From positions 267-64,266 of the forward strand of contig MCFE01000512.1 in NCBI GenBank assembly GCA_002104905.1: 64,000 nt of DNA, written 5' to 3'. The position numbers and the translations under genes are program-made. The stretch is from Basidiobolus meristosporus CBS 931.73 (lineage: Eukaryota; Fungi; Basidiobolomycota). Of this stretch, positions 1-13,028 are shown one piece after another; positions within the stretch are counted from its first letter, which is position 1; each line of letters starts with the position of its first letter. The notes beneath the pieces are model-generated. The model saw nothing but the letters and a program-made list of their open reading frames with translations, was not told the DNA's origin and made no database searches.

Positions 1-543
1 GCCGTCGGAAAACCCAGGATCTGCAAAGCGGATTTTGGATATTTGATGGCCTGAGCTAGATACATTAACTACGCGTGGACCTTGGGAGGAAGCCAAGAGC
101 CGATCTAGTATCAGGTTTGTGAAAAGGAAAGGTGCCAAGTAATTAATCCCAAACTGCGCTTCAAACCCATCCTTTGTTCTACTGTATGGTGCAGCCATGA
201 TTGCGGCATTGTTGATTAGCACGTCAATAGGCTCGGTATATTCATTCACCTCCTTGGCTGCATCTCGAACCGAATCCAAAGAGGCAAGATCGATCACGAG
301 CGATCGTAGGTTTGCACTTGGTGTCTCTTGCTTGATTTTCCCAATGGTCTCGTCGAGAGAACTCTGTCTCCTGCCTGCAACGATCACCAGCTTGGCACCG
401 TACTTTGCAATCACTCTGGCGGCTTCGGCACCAAGGCCACCCCAAGTAGCACCTGTGATAAGCACAGTTTTTCCCTTGATGCTGTCAGAGAACACCATAG
501 CGGCCTCCTCAGATGTAGTGTCTTTTCCAAAAGTGTGGGACAT
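1..543 (-). CDS. Short-chain dehydrogenase/reductase (retinol dehydrogenase/WWOX-like classical SDR), 3' end outside window
   Basis: Manual translation from ATG at 543: MSHTFGKDTTSEEAAMVFSDSIKGKTVLITGATWGGLGAEAARVIAKYGAKLVIVAGRR...DLASLDSVR...IDVLINNAAIM...FEAQFGINYLAPFLFTNLIL...RVVNVSSSGH. Shows the Rossmann TGxxxGLG, NNAA and VNVSS motifs and stays open to base 1 (181 codons). Not in the ORF track because it runs off the edge. Confidence 0.95.
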   Translation of the reverse strand, partial: MSHTFGKDTTSEEAAMVFSDSIKGKTVLITGATWGGLGAEAARVIAKYGAKLVIVAGRRQSSLDETIGKIKQETPSANLRSLVIDLASLDSVRDAAKEVNEYTEPIDVLINNAAIMAAPYSRTKDGFEAQFGINYLAPFLFTNLILDRLLASSQGPRVVNVSSSGHQISKIRFADPGFSDG

Positions 544-1169
544 TTTGATTGACTCAGTCTTCAGGCGAAGGTGGCAATAAATAGGAGTCACCAAGTGCAG
601 GCCCATGTGATCATCTTTCTCAGCAGCTTTTTGTGGGTGGTGAGCGGCCACTTAGAATGTAATGTTCCCAATTCGTAGGGTATCCGCAGCATTTACTGGA
701 AGTCTACTCGTGTGCCCAATCACACTCGGATCTGATGGTAATGTCGCGGTGTTGGGTATATACGTAGGCCACATACAGAAGCTTATCAACATGAACAGTT
801 GGCAGTCATATCACCCGAAATCCGCAGTAAGGTTACTGACCCAAATTTACGGATAATCAATACCCGAGTTTGTGGAAAATCACAGCCCATGACAAGCTGA
901 CTATTCCATATGGAGAATGTTTCCGATTGATTGCGGATTGATGTTTAGATCTATGCAAACGTTCCCGTGGTTAAGAGTTTAGCCAGCGAATTTGTTTAGT
1001 TGGCTAATGTGCATATTAATCGTCAATAAACAACTACTAGAGGCAAATGTGAATATCAATCATCATTAAACAGCTACTATATTGCCACGCAGATATCCAT
1101 TTTGAAGCCGCGGAAAAATCTATGTAATTGCTAATAAACTCGGATATGCTGTGCCGCTTAACATACCAA

Positions 1170-1420
1170 ATGATATGTATGTTGTAAGAGTCTTGGAGAT
1201 ATTGGAAGTGATTGGGAGAACAAGTAGATTATGTGGTTTTCACTTGATGATTTATTGAATGTAAAAGTAGTTTTATACTTTTACCTGGTCTTGGCATTAC
1301 AAACACGTAGAATAGGTTAAGGAAGGTCCTAAGAACATGTGTGCAAAGTTGGGGACTGTTTGAACAACTTATCAAATTTTCATGTTCTGGGTACCTGGTA
1401 TTTTGGTGAAAATATTCCAA
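1170..1420. repeat. Dispersed repeat fragment, second copy at ~4680-4930
   Basis: Shared blocks such as gagatat/actggaagtga-tgggagaacaagt and aagaacatgtgtgcaaagtt-gggg occur in the same order at both places. Identity of the element unknown. Confidence 0.7.
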
Positions 1421-1836
1421 GTAAATCCCAACAAGGAATTTGGTCAGTGTTCTCTAAGATTTGAGGGTAATGATCTAAGTGACTAAGTTGGGTGAATATT
1501 TAGGTGGAATTCCGAATTTTTACAACACTGTAGAGTAACAATGCTAACCCACTACAAAATGTTGACCACAAACAGTTACCATTGTCAATAAGGCAATGCA
1601 CAACCTCACTACATTGCATTGGCCATGATTAACCAACAGTACTTATAGAGGATATCTCTTTCAACCAGATCACCCTCATTCTTAACACTTTGAGGTGCAG
1701 CTTATACTCTATTTCCTTGGTACGAAGAGGTAAAGTAGCAAAGGTTAAATCAATCTAGCTTGCACAAAGCTAATTAGGTGGGATCGAGAAGGTGATATAA
1801 ATCGGGAAAGTTCGCACGAGACTCCACCAGCCAGTC

Positions 1837-2309
1837 ATGCAGCTTTCCTTCCTCTTGCTAGTTTCCGCTACCCCACTCGGTGACTCCCAGGTAGCCAACA
1901 CCAATGAGCCATATGTCGAATAATAGGGTGCTTGTTATCAGGACACCTTGGTCCCCACTCAAGAATACCAGCCATCAATTGAGGAGGGGGATGATTCGGA
2001 GATGGGTGAGCCAATGCAGACAAGCGAGACCTCGGGTGAGCAAACAGGATTCTCTGGGTTGCATGGGTTCGATATTTCAAATTTACAACCATCCCAAGCC
2101 TTGCTGGACAACATAAATGGCCATTCCTCCAGTAAAGCCAATGCCTTGTCCAACTCAAACCAGTTCAATCAGGGGCAAGTCGTTGATCAAACCCTGTACC
2201 AGCCCAAGCAGCAACAGCCACAAATTATCATCACTCAGCCAGCATGAAGTATAAGAGATCTGCTTGTTGCAACTTCAAAGTTAGATATTTCAGTGGAAAC
2301 AGATACTAG
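1837..2309 (+). pseudogene. Family A secreted protein, divergent pseudogene (A0)
   Basis: ATG 1837 MQLSFLLLVSATP, in-frame TAA TAG at 1921-1926, then LLDNINGHSSSKANALSNSNQFNQGQVVDQTLYQPKQQQPQIIITQPA. A deletion/frameshift near 2245 precedes the KYKRS...RYFSGNRY-like tail. Confidence 0.85.
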
Positions 2310-2551
2310 GATAAGCAATAGTATGCTCCAGAAAATAAAGACGAAATATAAGGTTTGGTCATGGTGAGTTCCACCAAATAATAGAAGAAAATTGAAAAAA
2401 TAGGAGAATGCAAAATACGGATGGTACTCAAACAGCATTGTAATAGTGTGAGTAATGACCTGATTAGTCCATGAAATATATAATAGCAATTTGGCCAGCT
2501 AAACCATATTATATGCTATATAACAGCTCACAAATACGTTATTCACTCCAC

Positions 2552-2956
2552 ATGCGCTTTATTACCGTAGCAGTAACTCTAGGCCATGCCACCATTCAAG
2601 ATGCCGTTGATGCCCCAATCGGCTGTCATTCTCCTTGCACTCGCGAGTATAGAGGGGTTCATTATCGCAGCTTACCATGTGCACAGTATGCGAACGATTG
2701 CTACCAAAACGTTTGAGTTTTGCCTGTCGTTAAGACGTCAAATGTCCAATCTCCGTTATTGCTTCAGGTTTTCAGCACGGTGACCAGAAAGCACGATAGC
2801 CTGAACATCGCTAATGCCAGCAGCAATAAAGGCTTCAACGTCAAGTATCAAGTAAGACCCAGTCTCGACCTGGAGGGTGGGGCCAATGCGCTGGAATACG
2901 CCAAGCAAAAGGAAGCGAAAACCCAGATAATAGCTCTTCATATCTCTACGTTCTGA
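2552..2956 (+). pseudogene. Family B secreted protein, divergent pseudogene (B0)
   Basis: ATG 2552 MRFITVAVTLG. A single in-frame TGA at 2714-2716 (likely CGA>TGA) joins ORFs 2471..2716 and 2720..2956 (QVFSTVTRKHDSLNIANA...EYAKQK). The C-terminal repeats are absent. Confidence 0.85.
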
Positions 2957-3149
2957 CGCAGTCCACCCAAGTTGTACAATACACAACCCCTTGGCAGAGG
3001 CAGAATAACAGGTTCAATACAATAGGTGTGCTGACAGTTCCCCCCAACAGATAAATCAACCTAAACTGAGGATATTGGGTAGGCAAAACAAATAAACATT
3101 CTTTGCACGACTACTCTACTCTCACAGTCTCATTGACTATCAATCCGTC

Positions 3150-3560
3150 GCAGATACAGTGTACTGGTCCAAAAAAATCGACAGACACCAAAGGCATAGG
3201 GGCACTCCACATTTGGTTGGTGGCAAGAGAGAAGTCCAAACAGCGTTGTGTATCAACAACCGCATTTGAAGATACTCTGGGATGTCAGTAAAGCCATGTT
3301 CAATGTTTACATACTTACTCCATCGAACTTTAAAATAAATGTATCGATTTTGGGAGTTGAATTGCCGTTTAAGTCAACATACGATTGCACAAGAATATGT
3401 AAAATATTTGATGTTGTAGTACGCACTGGGCGGGTTACTGTATTGATATATGGACCAAGTAGATCCATACCACACCCACATACCTCAGGAATGACTGTAT
3501 GGTGACACTCCTGCATACGCAAGCCTTTCATAATGATTTTGGTCAATAATTATCTGTGCC
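3150..3560 (-). pseudogene. Possible relic of a spliced gene with a 9-nt micro-exon, product unknown
   Basis: Minus strand shows GTATGT...AAG (3382-3328), exon TTCGATGGA (3327-3319), and GTAAGT...ACTGAC...CAG (3318-3277). The upstream frame has one TGA. No recognisable domain. Confidence 0.3.
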
Positions 3561-5439
3561 GGGGCATAGGTTCAGTGGGGGGGGGTAAAAAGAGGCATTG
3601 TAATTATCAACTAGCTCAATTCCCTAGTACTACAGACACTATTTCGATGTCATTTCCGGGTGAAGTCCTCACTCCAGTCCAAACGCCTACGTGTTCTCTT
3701 TGAAATATGCCTTTCTTTGCTGTATACCACAATCCCATCTCAATAACTATGGTCAATGGGTAGGCAGATGCTCCAAAGAAAACGCTCAATCCGGAAGAAA
3801 AGTGTTCGACACCGTTATTCTGGAGATTACCAACTCGATTTTCTATAGCTCATCTTATGACGGAGTAGCGCAGAAGATCTACACGATGATTCATCAGAAA
3901 GTGTGGAGTTTGCCTAGCATATGAACGCAGACACTGAGATATTGAGGATGCGTAGTGTTACCGTACATCTATTCCTCATCTAACAAGGCTTCATTGAAAT
4001 GAATGAACAAGCCTGCAGTGTTAGATGTACTGACATTGCTTTCAGTTTTCTTCCTACCGTTGCAGTGATTGCATCCTCAATCTGGGTCTATCATCTCAAC
4101 TTGCCACTGCACCTACAGTGCCAATACTTAGCCCACAGCTGATGCAACACTTTAGAGACTTAAACAACTTGAAAGTTCCAGCTTTGAAGTATAGACTGAT
4201 GGCCTGATTGAATAACTGATGTGCTTTGACTAGGATAGTGACTATAATTCTGACAATGATGAGCACTTGTCAATCCACAGAATGGAGAAGTTCTGTTAAC
4301 CAGACAACTGTGCTCAGTGCTGCAATCACAGCACTTCATACTGCTTAGTTGGTTTGGGCACCTGAGGAACACAAAGTAAACCATTGGCAGCCTACATTGC
4401 TCACACCTCCAGTACTCAGTTGTGCAGCCTTGAATGACAGCATCTATATGGCTAACAGGATGACTTGTTTTACTCCAGGCAAGGCAAAAATGGCAATACC
4501 AATACTATTCAAAAGTCTAGGATTGAGACTAAGCAACAATACTGATGGTCAAGGTAAAGTGATACAACTTGCAAAGTAAAAGCAACTGCTTGTAGGCTGA
4601 AGAAGTATTTAGGCTCTTGTGAGGACACAAATAGCTGAACATAAGAAAATTCAATGAAAATAATAGTGGCTGTGCAGATTATAGAGTATAATGTTTCAAG
4701 AGTCTCAGAGATACTGGAAGTGAATGGGAGAACAAGTCAAATTTGAGGTCTGCTCCTAATCATTCATAAAATATAAGAGTATTATCTTTACATCAACATG
4801 GTCTTTACAATGCAAACATGAAGAATACAATTATGATGGTTCCAAGAACATGTGTGCAAAGTTTGGGGCTGTTACAACAACTCTCAGATATCTCATGTCT
4901 TAGGTATCTGATACCTGTGCAGAGTGACTCTATACAGGGTCAATGGCTAGAGCTCTCAATGATTTATAAATTACAACCTAGGTGTACAGAAAGCATAAAT
5001 GTTACCTTGCTATGAGATAGCTCAGACCTGAAACTCATCTGATAATCAGCTGGTATTCCAATGATATTTTGCTGGCATTCTGCTGGTGTTTTCCCTTTAG
5101 ATTTCTAGCTGCAATTTTAGGGGCAAGTAGAGAGTAGCTGATGATTGGAGTTGGTATTAATTCTAGTTGGTTCTGTTTCCACCTAAAAAGTATGTCTTTC
5201 AAATAGCTAGTACCTTAGCTCTCTGGTAGCTATTTTTCATTGTGAACAGATTGCTGTACTGGAGTTCAAGAGCAGCACCAAATGGGCTTACACTAAGTGC
5301 TTATGCTGGTCAACAGACCCCTGATGACCTCCATATGTATACACTTACTGCCAAGAAGGTCACCCTATATACCTGAAAAGTAACAAGTAACATCAGCAAT
5401 GCAAGCACAACATGGTGATGATAGCTGCATATCATAAAT

Positions 5440-5689
5440 TCTGTTATACTTACTACCCAAGCCTAGCATATCTAGGACTCCCAAGAACACCAAGCCTAGC
5501 TTGCATAGCAAACCAACTCTGTTGCCTTTATAGCCAAACCTAGCTACATACAAGACCAATATTAGACCAGAACCTCCCTGCTAATATTTCCTCCACTCTC
5601 TGACAATTCTAAGATTCTGCACTTAGTTGTCACTTAGGTCTGGCTAAACCATTGAAGAGTCTTATTATACTTTTCTCTTAAATGCAACA
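5440..5689 (+). mobile_element. Partial solo LTR (3' ~250 bp) related to the chromovirus at 35330-41247
   Basis: ccaagcctag...aagaacaccaagcctagc...caagaccaatattaga...ctctctgacaattctaagattctgcactta...ends tgcaaca at 5689. Collinear with LTR 35780-36026. Confidence 0.9.
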
Positions 5690-7904
5690 CTGACTTACTT
5701 TGTCTTCAGAGTTGTTTGATCTTGCACTGCCTTGTTGTGGGCAACTTATAGTGCAATATTACTATATTATGATATTATCCTTTGATGTTATGTATGGACA
5801 ACAAATATTGAAAGAAGGACATGCAACAGTGCACTAAAGGCATGCACATATTTGACTGCTCAATATCATCCATATAATACCTTCCTCTAGTAACAATGCC
5901 AAGAAATCTTGCAGTTTCTATCATGTATGCATTTCTCATGGACAGCATCAGCTCTGAAGTTTTATGTGCACATTCATATTATGACCAGGCTAACAAAAGA
6001 GCTCCTTATGCACCATTGGTAGCTACTCTTCAGTTGATGATCAATTTTGTGCACATTGATTGTATTCTGGTCATAAATACCACATCTGAGCATTACAGGT
6101 ATCAGAGCACTCATCTTATAATTGCTATACCTCTGATATGACATATGTTTGTGAGTATGTAGGTGTTTTGGAGTCTTTGATGTGACTACAAAGTAGTTTG
6201 CTTTGGTACTGAGCTGAGAGAGAATCTCTAGGTGACATTATTTCTTTAGTCATACACTTGACTGTCAGAGTGCATTCAACCAGGCTTTGTGACAAGGAAA
6301 GTTAAAGGCCTGCTGATAATGCCTCTTTTGTTGCTTGTTACAGGTGCTTACTTGTATCCTTGTGTACTTTCAGTGGCTGTCCCTTGAGTTGAAGCCTAGG
6401 TACTGAGGTACTAGATGGAGTTCTGGCTAAACATGCTCTATCTAATTGCTATAAATGTCAGAGCAGTAAGTACATCTATTACTTAATACTAGTTACAGAA
6501 TATTTGAGTGAAAATACATATGTGTATGACAAAGTCCATTATTATCCACAAGACACTTAACTCTTTTGGAGGAGCTAGATATATATTTATCTCACTGACC
6601 ATCAAAAGCTACTTTACTCCAAGTTCATTGGAAGCATTGGGTGTCATATATTGACAGTGTAGGAGAAAGAGCCCAGAAGCTGCCAACCAATGGCAATTTG
6701 ATGATCTACTGATTTTATGTAAGGAGCTCTCAATAAAACTTGTGAGGTTTTGCTGCAAGCATAAGGATGCACATATAAATCTCTGATGTATAGTTTCTCT
6801 ACTTTTTGCTAGAAGCTTAGAGAGTATAGATGTATGTTCACCTAAAGTCTCTTAAGGTGTGGATATGTAAGAAGATAGGAAGAAGAGCAAATTACAGATT
6901 CTGCCATATTCAAGTCCCATAAGAAATACTGCATTCAAGTACATCTGCAATCCACAGAGTGACTGATGGAGGAACATCAAGTACAGTAGACAAGAAGTGA
7001 ACAAGTATCCCTTTGGCAATGAGAAGCACAACAGCCTCAGTAAATGTGTAGTAAGTCAAATAAGGCAAGGCCTGGCTTGGCACAACAAACAAGTATTACT
7101 TCTGAAGACAACCATATCAAGGTATGTCAGGTAACTCTTGCATGCCAGCCAACTTAAATGCCTTTTCAAAAGTAACTTACACAAAAAGGAGTGGGATTAC
7201 ACTCATACAGGGGACCAGAATGGAGTAGGAAAAGGAAGCTTATTAGCCAGGAGTCTAGGAGTATTTTGAGATATTAAGCAGATACACTTTGCCAAGTGAT
7301 GGCAGCTATATGTACATTTGTAAAAGGCATACTTTAGCAGCAATGCAAGGCATACAGTAAGTTTACAAGTATCACACTAAGAAGCCACATGTTTGTGGTA
7401 TTAGGACTGTAACCACTGCAAAGCACTGCCAAGTTTTGTACCACATCAGACAGTCTAGTCAGCAATACTATTACAATGCCTACATAAGTCAAAGGAGAGC
7501 AGCACAGGTTTGTTCTTGCTAGTACTGCAGTGGTGTCAATGTGGGATCCTGATGGCAAATATGGATTGGATCCACCTGCAAGACCAAATTATTTTTTATA
7601 CGGTCAAAATAGGTTGCAAACTTAGCCCTAAAACATCACTGACTCCTGCAAGTAGAATTTAATTGTTAAAGTCCTGAATGCTAGTTACCTTTACTTCCTT
7701 CACCCAATGAAAAAGAATATCTTGGAAAAGACCAAGCATACTAGAACCTGGGAGCATACTGCACTGTATGACACAGTATGGCACCATAAGGCTACAATCA
7801 CTCAGTTGTACAATACATAAGCAGGAATTCTTTGCAGTGGTACTCATGTATTCAAGGTTGAACTATAATTTGTTTATTTGCTCCTCTTAGTGGTGCATAA
7901 CTAT

Positions 7905-7990
7905 CCTTTATGATGGATGTCTACTTGGATGGATACACTGAGCATTAACTAGAATCTTGATTATTTGGCCTAGCTTACTATTCTCTCATA
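7905..7990 (-). pseudogene. Relic of PHIS transposase C-terminus
   Basis: Minus-strand translation ENSKLGQIIKILVNAQCIHPSRHP resembles ENSRIGKIVKILINAQCVYTRRHP at the end of ORF 46370..46897. Confidence 0.6.
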
Positions 7991-9424
7991 ACTTCACTGC
8001 TACCAGAATCATTGATTATGAATACTGTTCTTTACAAGTTTCTTTATAAATACCACAATGTAGCTTCTGCTTGGGTAGTGCCCATCCTAATACTGATGTC
8101 TTCCAGCTTTGCACTTATGGCTCCCTGGCTGACTATCAACATGTTCTTGAGAGGTCTATTGCCTCTTGGTTTAACATCCCTGCCACTTAGCAACTGAGAA
8201 TTTATAGCATTGCTAATATATTCCTTTAGTGTTTCAATTATAAACTGACATTTACCTACTTGCCTGGCTCCTGAATATTGCATACAGAACAGGACATATG
8301 TAGATCACCTGGCTTTTGGGTCCTAATAATCTAAGAGCACACTGGCCACAAGACAATGGCATGGCAGATATGATGGCATCCTATATATTGGTACACTCAA
8401 CTTTGAAATATTTTGCAGCTTCTTAAATAACTGTTATCTTCAAGTTGGGGTCTTGATGTATGCTTCATAGCCTCATGCCCCATTGCTGTGATAAGCACTT
8501 CTATGAGCTTAATTTATGGCCACATTGTCTCACACAAATGAATATGTAATTCTCATGCATTGTCAGGTAAAAAAATAGCATCACAGTACCACTTGTGATT
8601 ATTCCTTGCAGCAAAACTACTGGGATGTCTACTAGGGATGGTATTTGCTCAAAGGGCTTGGTTGAGGGAGAAATTTGTTGTGAGTATATTGCAAATTAAT
8701 ACACCATTGAAAGGCTTGAAGGCTTTTAGGCAGGCAACAAGATGCCATGAGTACTTCACATATAGGGGTAGCTACTCAGAGTGGTTGGTTATGTGAGTCT
8801 CATGTCTAGATATCTATCTGGAAAGAGCTTTGGTTTTAGATTGTCAACCTCCAAGAACTTCAAGTCAAGGCTTGTTTCTGAAAGGCCTTGAATTCAGGTC
8901 TCAGATGTTTAGAGCATCAGGCCTTGGTTTTAGTCTGACAGAGCCACAAATACAGGTTTGGCCATTACAAGCCCAATGTCAAGGCTTTTTCTAATGCAAT
9001 CAGTGAGCTGCAGTACTTGATAGATGTGTGCCTCAAGTTGAGACACCTAAAGAGTGGAATCCTACATTAAGGACTTTTGCAAATACAGACATCAAGACAA
9101 GGCTCCCATTGGACAGGCACCTCCAATCACTACTTTTGCAAGTAAAAGCCTCACATCCCAGCCCTCAGTGGATGTGGGCCTGAAGTTAGATTTCAGCATA
9201 AAAGAGTCTTCATTGGGATTTTTTAGTCACTGAGGCTTGTGCTTTCAAACTATAGGAATATTGAAGCCTCAGGTTGAAGGCCTCTGAAGTCCACAGTTTG
9301 AGGCTATGTATCTCAGCTGCATAGAGAGCAGTATTGTTGTTTGTAACAAACAAGAGTCTTATATGGCAATTGTAGGTAGTAATGAGCCTAAAGATACAGA
9401 TCCCAGGCATTGACTCTTGGGGAT

Positions 9425-9632
9425 AGACAGAAGAGCTGATATCAGGTTCCAGGCAGGCCCGGGCCTGAGTAAGAAGGTAAAGACAGTGCATCCAGGTATG
9501 CCAAATATTTCCACATTGTTATGGATCAGCCTGCGCAATATAGGACATACTCCATAGCAGATAAAGACACCCATGATATTGATGGATGCTCTAACCAAGA
9601 TACACAGTACACAGAGCCCATGAAAGATGCCT
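9425..9632 (+). pseudogene. Family B 3' fragment
   Basis: gcaggccc...gcatccaggtatgccaaa...gatggatgctctaaccaagatacacagtacacagagcccatg matches family B nucleotide sequence, with CpG loss. Confidence 0.8.
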
Positions 9633-10019
9633 TATATGGCAATGAGTCTATGGAATGAACTTAAAGCCATTCAAGTTGCGTTGATTATATATTTCTTGCT
9701 TAATATGTAGTAGCAGAAGTATGATCCATGCCAGCACAAGAATAAGGGTAAGGCTAGAGCAGAATAAAGCGGACCCGCAATATCAGCCAGTAGTACCTTT
9801 CTGAGTAGTCAAAATGGATAAGTCAGCTGGCGCAGATAGCTGATACAATATCTGGTCAAGTTCCTGAGGGCTGTAAAACAATGGACTCCAGTATTTCGGC
9901 ATATATGGCATTGTGCGGAGACTGCTCTACTTGCTAATTGCTTACATGAATAGGAGTAGTAGTGAATACGTGATCCATTAGCCTATTTATTGTGGCGGGA
10001 TCACAATAGTATTAAGCCT

Positions 10020-10320
10020 ATTCATATCATTAGCTGTCTCTGTATCTACGTCTACGGTAACATGATGTCTGATTGTCATCTTCATTCGAGTCTTGGTTTT
10101 CATCCTTGTCGGGAGTAAATGATTGCACATATGTTGACGTAGATGGTTGGAAAGTGCCTGAGCATTTTGTGCGGAGTTAGTTTAAACATTGTCCAACCAG
10201 GGATGGCATCGATGGTTCAATCTCATGGTCTACTTATTGGTTGTCATGTGTAGCTATGGGTGTTGCGAAATACACACCGAATAGGATGAAGTGATAAGAA
10301 AAAAAGCGGAAATTGATGAC
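10020..10320 (-). pseudogene. Family C-prime pseudogene
   Basis: Matches C coding sequence with internal deletions and TAA at the DNQ*VD codon. Confidence 0.8.
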
Positions 10321-11132
10321 AGTTGAGTCCCATGTTGATAGCTATTCTAGGTGCCCAATTATCAAGCAATCCACAGCCAATTGATCCACGTACTTCATTG
10401 CTTCAACAATCTTCCATCTATTGCTCGCCACGATAGCTCACCACCATTCCATTTTAGTAGTTTATCTGTTATTATTCGTAATTTTGTGGGAACAAAGTGA
10501 GGAGTCATTACAAGATTGTTCATGATGCTGTGAGCATGAAGGTTTTGACAGAAGTATTCTTATTGCTTGTCCTACGCTGTTTCTTCCTGATATCAGTTGG
10601 TGTAATGTGTTGGATAGCCTACAGAGATAGCGATTTTGTGATGGGATTTATTATGACATCAACAAAAATAAATAAACAATCCTCTTCAATTTTGACCTTG
10701 CTATACCACCTTGGAAGGGACAAACCAAAATGTCTCATACTACGCCTTTTCAAACTATGGCTTGAGGTGAGCACACAGGAATGGCTTCGGTCTTACGTAG
10801 TTCTTGATTTCATAGTTTTAGAATGCTAAGCTAATCTGGTTATAAAGCAACCTGTAGCAATCTTTGTGAGTGTTTTGGGATATCTTCACCAGCCATCAGT
10901 CGATAGTATACTGAGCCAGATTTACGATGCATTGCATCAACCACCTTAGGTAGGTTTAGCAAAAATGCAACTCTCCATCACTTCATACATCGCCTCTACC
11001 CAATTGACCTCTATTGCACCAGATAAATCTTCAAGTCGGAACATTAACCGAGGGCTGTGTTGATTTGAAATTATAGAGTCATAAGAGTAGTGATAGCCAA
11101 GGGTATCAATGTGTATTCATCATAAAATTATC

Positions 11133-11486
11133 ACAACTATATGGATGTGAATGAGGGCAAAGATGAAGGCGAAGGTGAGGACTCGATAGATGACACTTCA
11201 ACTCAGCCAGAGTCATCCTACAACATGACAAACTGCAATATAGCAGATATGCAGCCAAGACAGGCCTTGTTGGACAGAGTGAACGCTCACTCATCCAGTG
11301 ATGCTGATGCCCTGTCGAACTCCAATCAGTTTGACCAAGCGCAGGTTATCGACCAAACCCTCTATCAGCCTAAGCAGCAACAGCCCCTAGATCATCATCA
11401 CCCAGCCAGCCACCCGTAGCCATGTTGGACGCCAGAAGTACAAGAGATCTGCGCATAAGTGCTTCAAGAACAGATACATTGAATAA
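11133..11486 (+). pseudogene. Family A, 5'-truncated and frameshifted (A1)
   Basis: ORF 11141..11419 lacks the signal peptide. An extra base at cagcccctag shifts the frame after QPKQQQP. Confidence 0.85.
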
Positions 11487-11818
11487 ATAAATATGACATT
11501 TGGCCACCTTAGATTAATATGAAACATCATCAGCCGTGATTCGTGAATTACCATACTACAGCTGAAATATCACAAGTATATATGTATATATTGGTGTATG
11601 TATCAGTTTATTTATCGTACATTAATCATGTAGACTACGCGATATCAATGTGATGGAGTCGACAATATTAGAGAGAATGCTGATTTTCAATCTGATAAAG
11701 TGTGAGTTCATCAAAGTTAACTAACTATTGCTACCATCAATGTTGTAACCATGTTATAATGGTTCCCATGCTATATATTCCCGAGTGTACTTGGCAATGG
11801 ACTTAGTAGTTCTCAAAG

Positions 11819-12397
11819 ATGCGCGCATTCATTGTATCCTTGACCTTGGGCCTTGCTTCTCTTCAGGCCACCATTGCTGCTCCAGTCCCATGCTCCGAAT
11901 CATGCAACCGTGAGCATAGAAGAGTCCGTTATCGCAGGTATTCATGCTCGGACCAAGCAAGCAACTGCTACCAGCAAGTCCAGGTTCAGCCCACTGTTGA
12001 AACGCCAAACGTCCAAGTGCCATTGTTGCGTCAGGTGTTCACCACCGTGACCAGAAAGCATGACAATCTGAACACTGCCAACGCCAACAGTGACAAGAGT
12101 CTCGATGTTCAGTTTCAAGCAGGCCCTAGCCTCGAAGTAGAAGGCTCAGCCAGCGCATCCGAGTACGCCAAACAGAAGGGTGCTGAACACTCCGAAGATG
12201 GCTCTGGTTACCCTATTGTTGTGGTTCAGCCTGCACAAGATGAGACATACTCCACACCAGTAGTGGACACCCAATGCATCGAAGGATGCTCTGACCAAGA
12301 TACACAGTACTCTGAGCCCATGGTAGATGTTCAATGTGGTGATGACTGTGCTAATCAGGACCCACAGTATACCGAGCCCATGGAAGACACTCAATGA
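11819..12397 (+). CDS. Family B small secreted Cys-containing acidic protein (B1, 192 aa)
   Basis: Hydrophobic signal-like N-terminus MRAFIVSLTLGLASLQATIA, then CSESCNREHRRVRYRRYSC, and C-terminal 20-aa QCxxxCxxQDxQYxEPMxD repeats. Six intact paralogues. Confidence 0.9.
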   Translation: MRAFIVSLTLGLASLQATIAAPVPCSESCNREHRRVRYRRYSCSDQASNCYQQVQVQPTVETPNVQVPLLRQVFTTVTRKHDNLNTANANSDKSLDVQFQAGPSLEVEGSASASEYAKQKGAEHSEDGSGYPIVVVQPAQDETYSTPVVDTQCIEGCSDQDTQYSEPMVDVQCGDDCANQDPQYTEPMEDTQ

Positions 12398-13028
12398 CCC
12401 GACGACTGCACTTGAGCCCAAATGCAATAAAGATCCATTATCCATTTTATTTTTCGCCTCATATGTGAGCAGAAATATAGCCATTAACAGCATGGGAGCA
12501 AAGAGCGTTTGACAAACTTAAAACCAAGCCAATTTCCACACTTCACTCTGATGATCCGAAGTCCAGTCACCAATTCAGGAGAAGGGTATACTATATTATT
12601 GAACTAACTTGAGTAAAATCAATCCTATGTTGATAGCTATTCTATGTGGCCAATCATCAAACAATCCACAACTACTCACCACTATTCCATTTTAGTAACT
12701 TATTCGTTATTATTCGCAATTCAGAGGGGACACAACCAAAATAATTCACACTGTCATGTGAGGAGTTGTTAGATGTTCTGAGCATAAAGTTTTAACGTCG
12801 AATATGCCTGACCGAAAGGCACTGCGTATCCATATCTATGTTTGGTTATTTCGGTTGATGCTCATTCCACTCATCCCTGTGGTCACATCTACGCTGTTTT
12901 TTCCTGATATCAGTTGGTGTAATCTTATTTGCAGAAGAAATGTGCGTGTTTTATAGCATGCAGAAATAGCGATTATATGATAGGATTTATTATGAATGCC
13001 AAACCAATGTTTACATGATCCGATTGAG

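Larger units (their letters stand above)
4060..9420. mobile_element. Block of degraded, CpG-depleted transposon relics
   Basis: Almost no CG dinucleotides over ~5.4 kb (I noticed one, at ~7600) and no long ORFs. Contains an LTR fragment and a transposase C-terminal relic matching elements later in the window. Confidence 0.7.

Noticed and set aside
197-580. Plus-strand ORFs 197..580 and 328..552, and minus ORF 242..445
   Set aside because: Shadow frames of the SDR gene on the minus strand.
6850-7560. Possible transposase (e.g. KDZ) relic
   Set aside because: No motif could be identified with confidence. Left within the generic TE-relic block.
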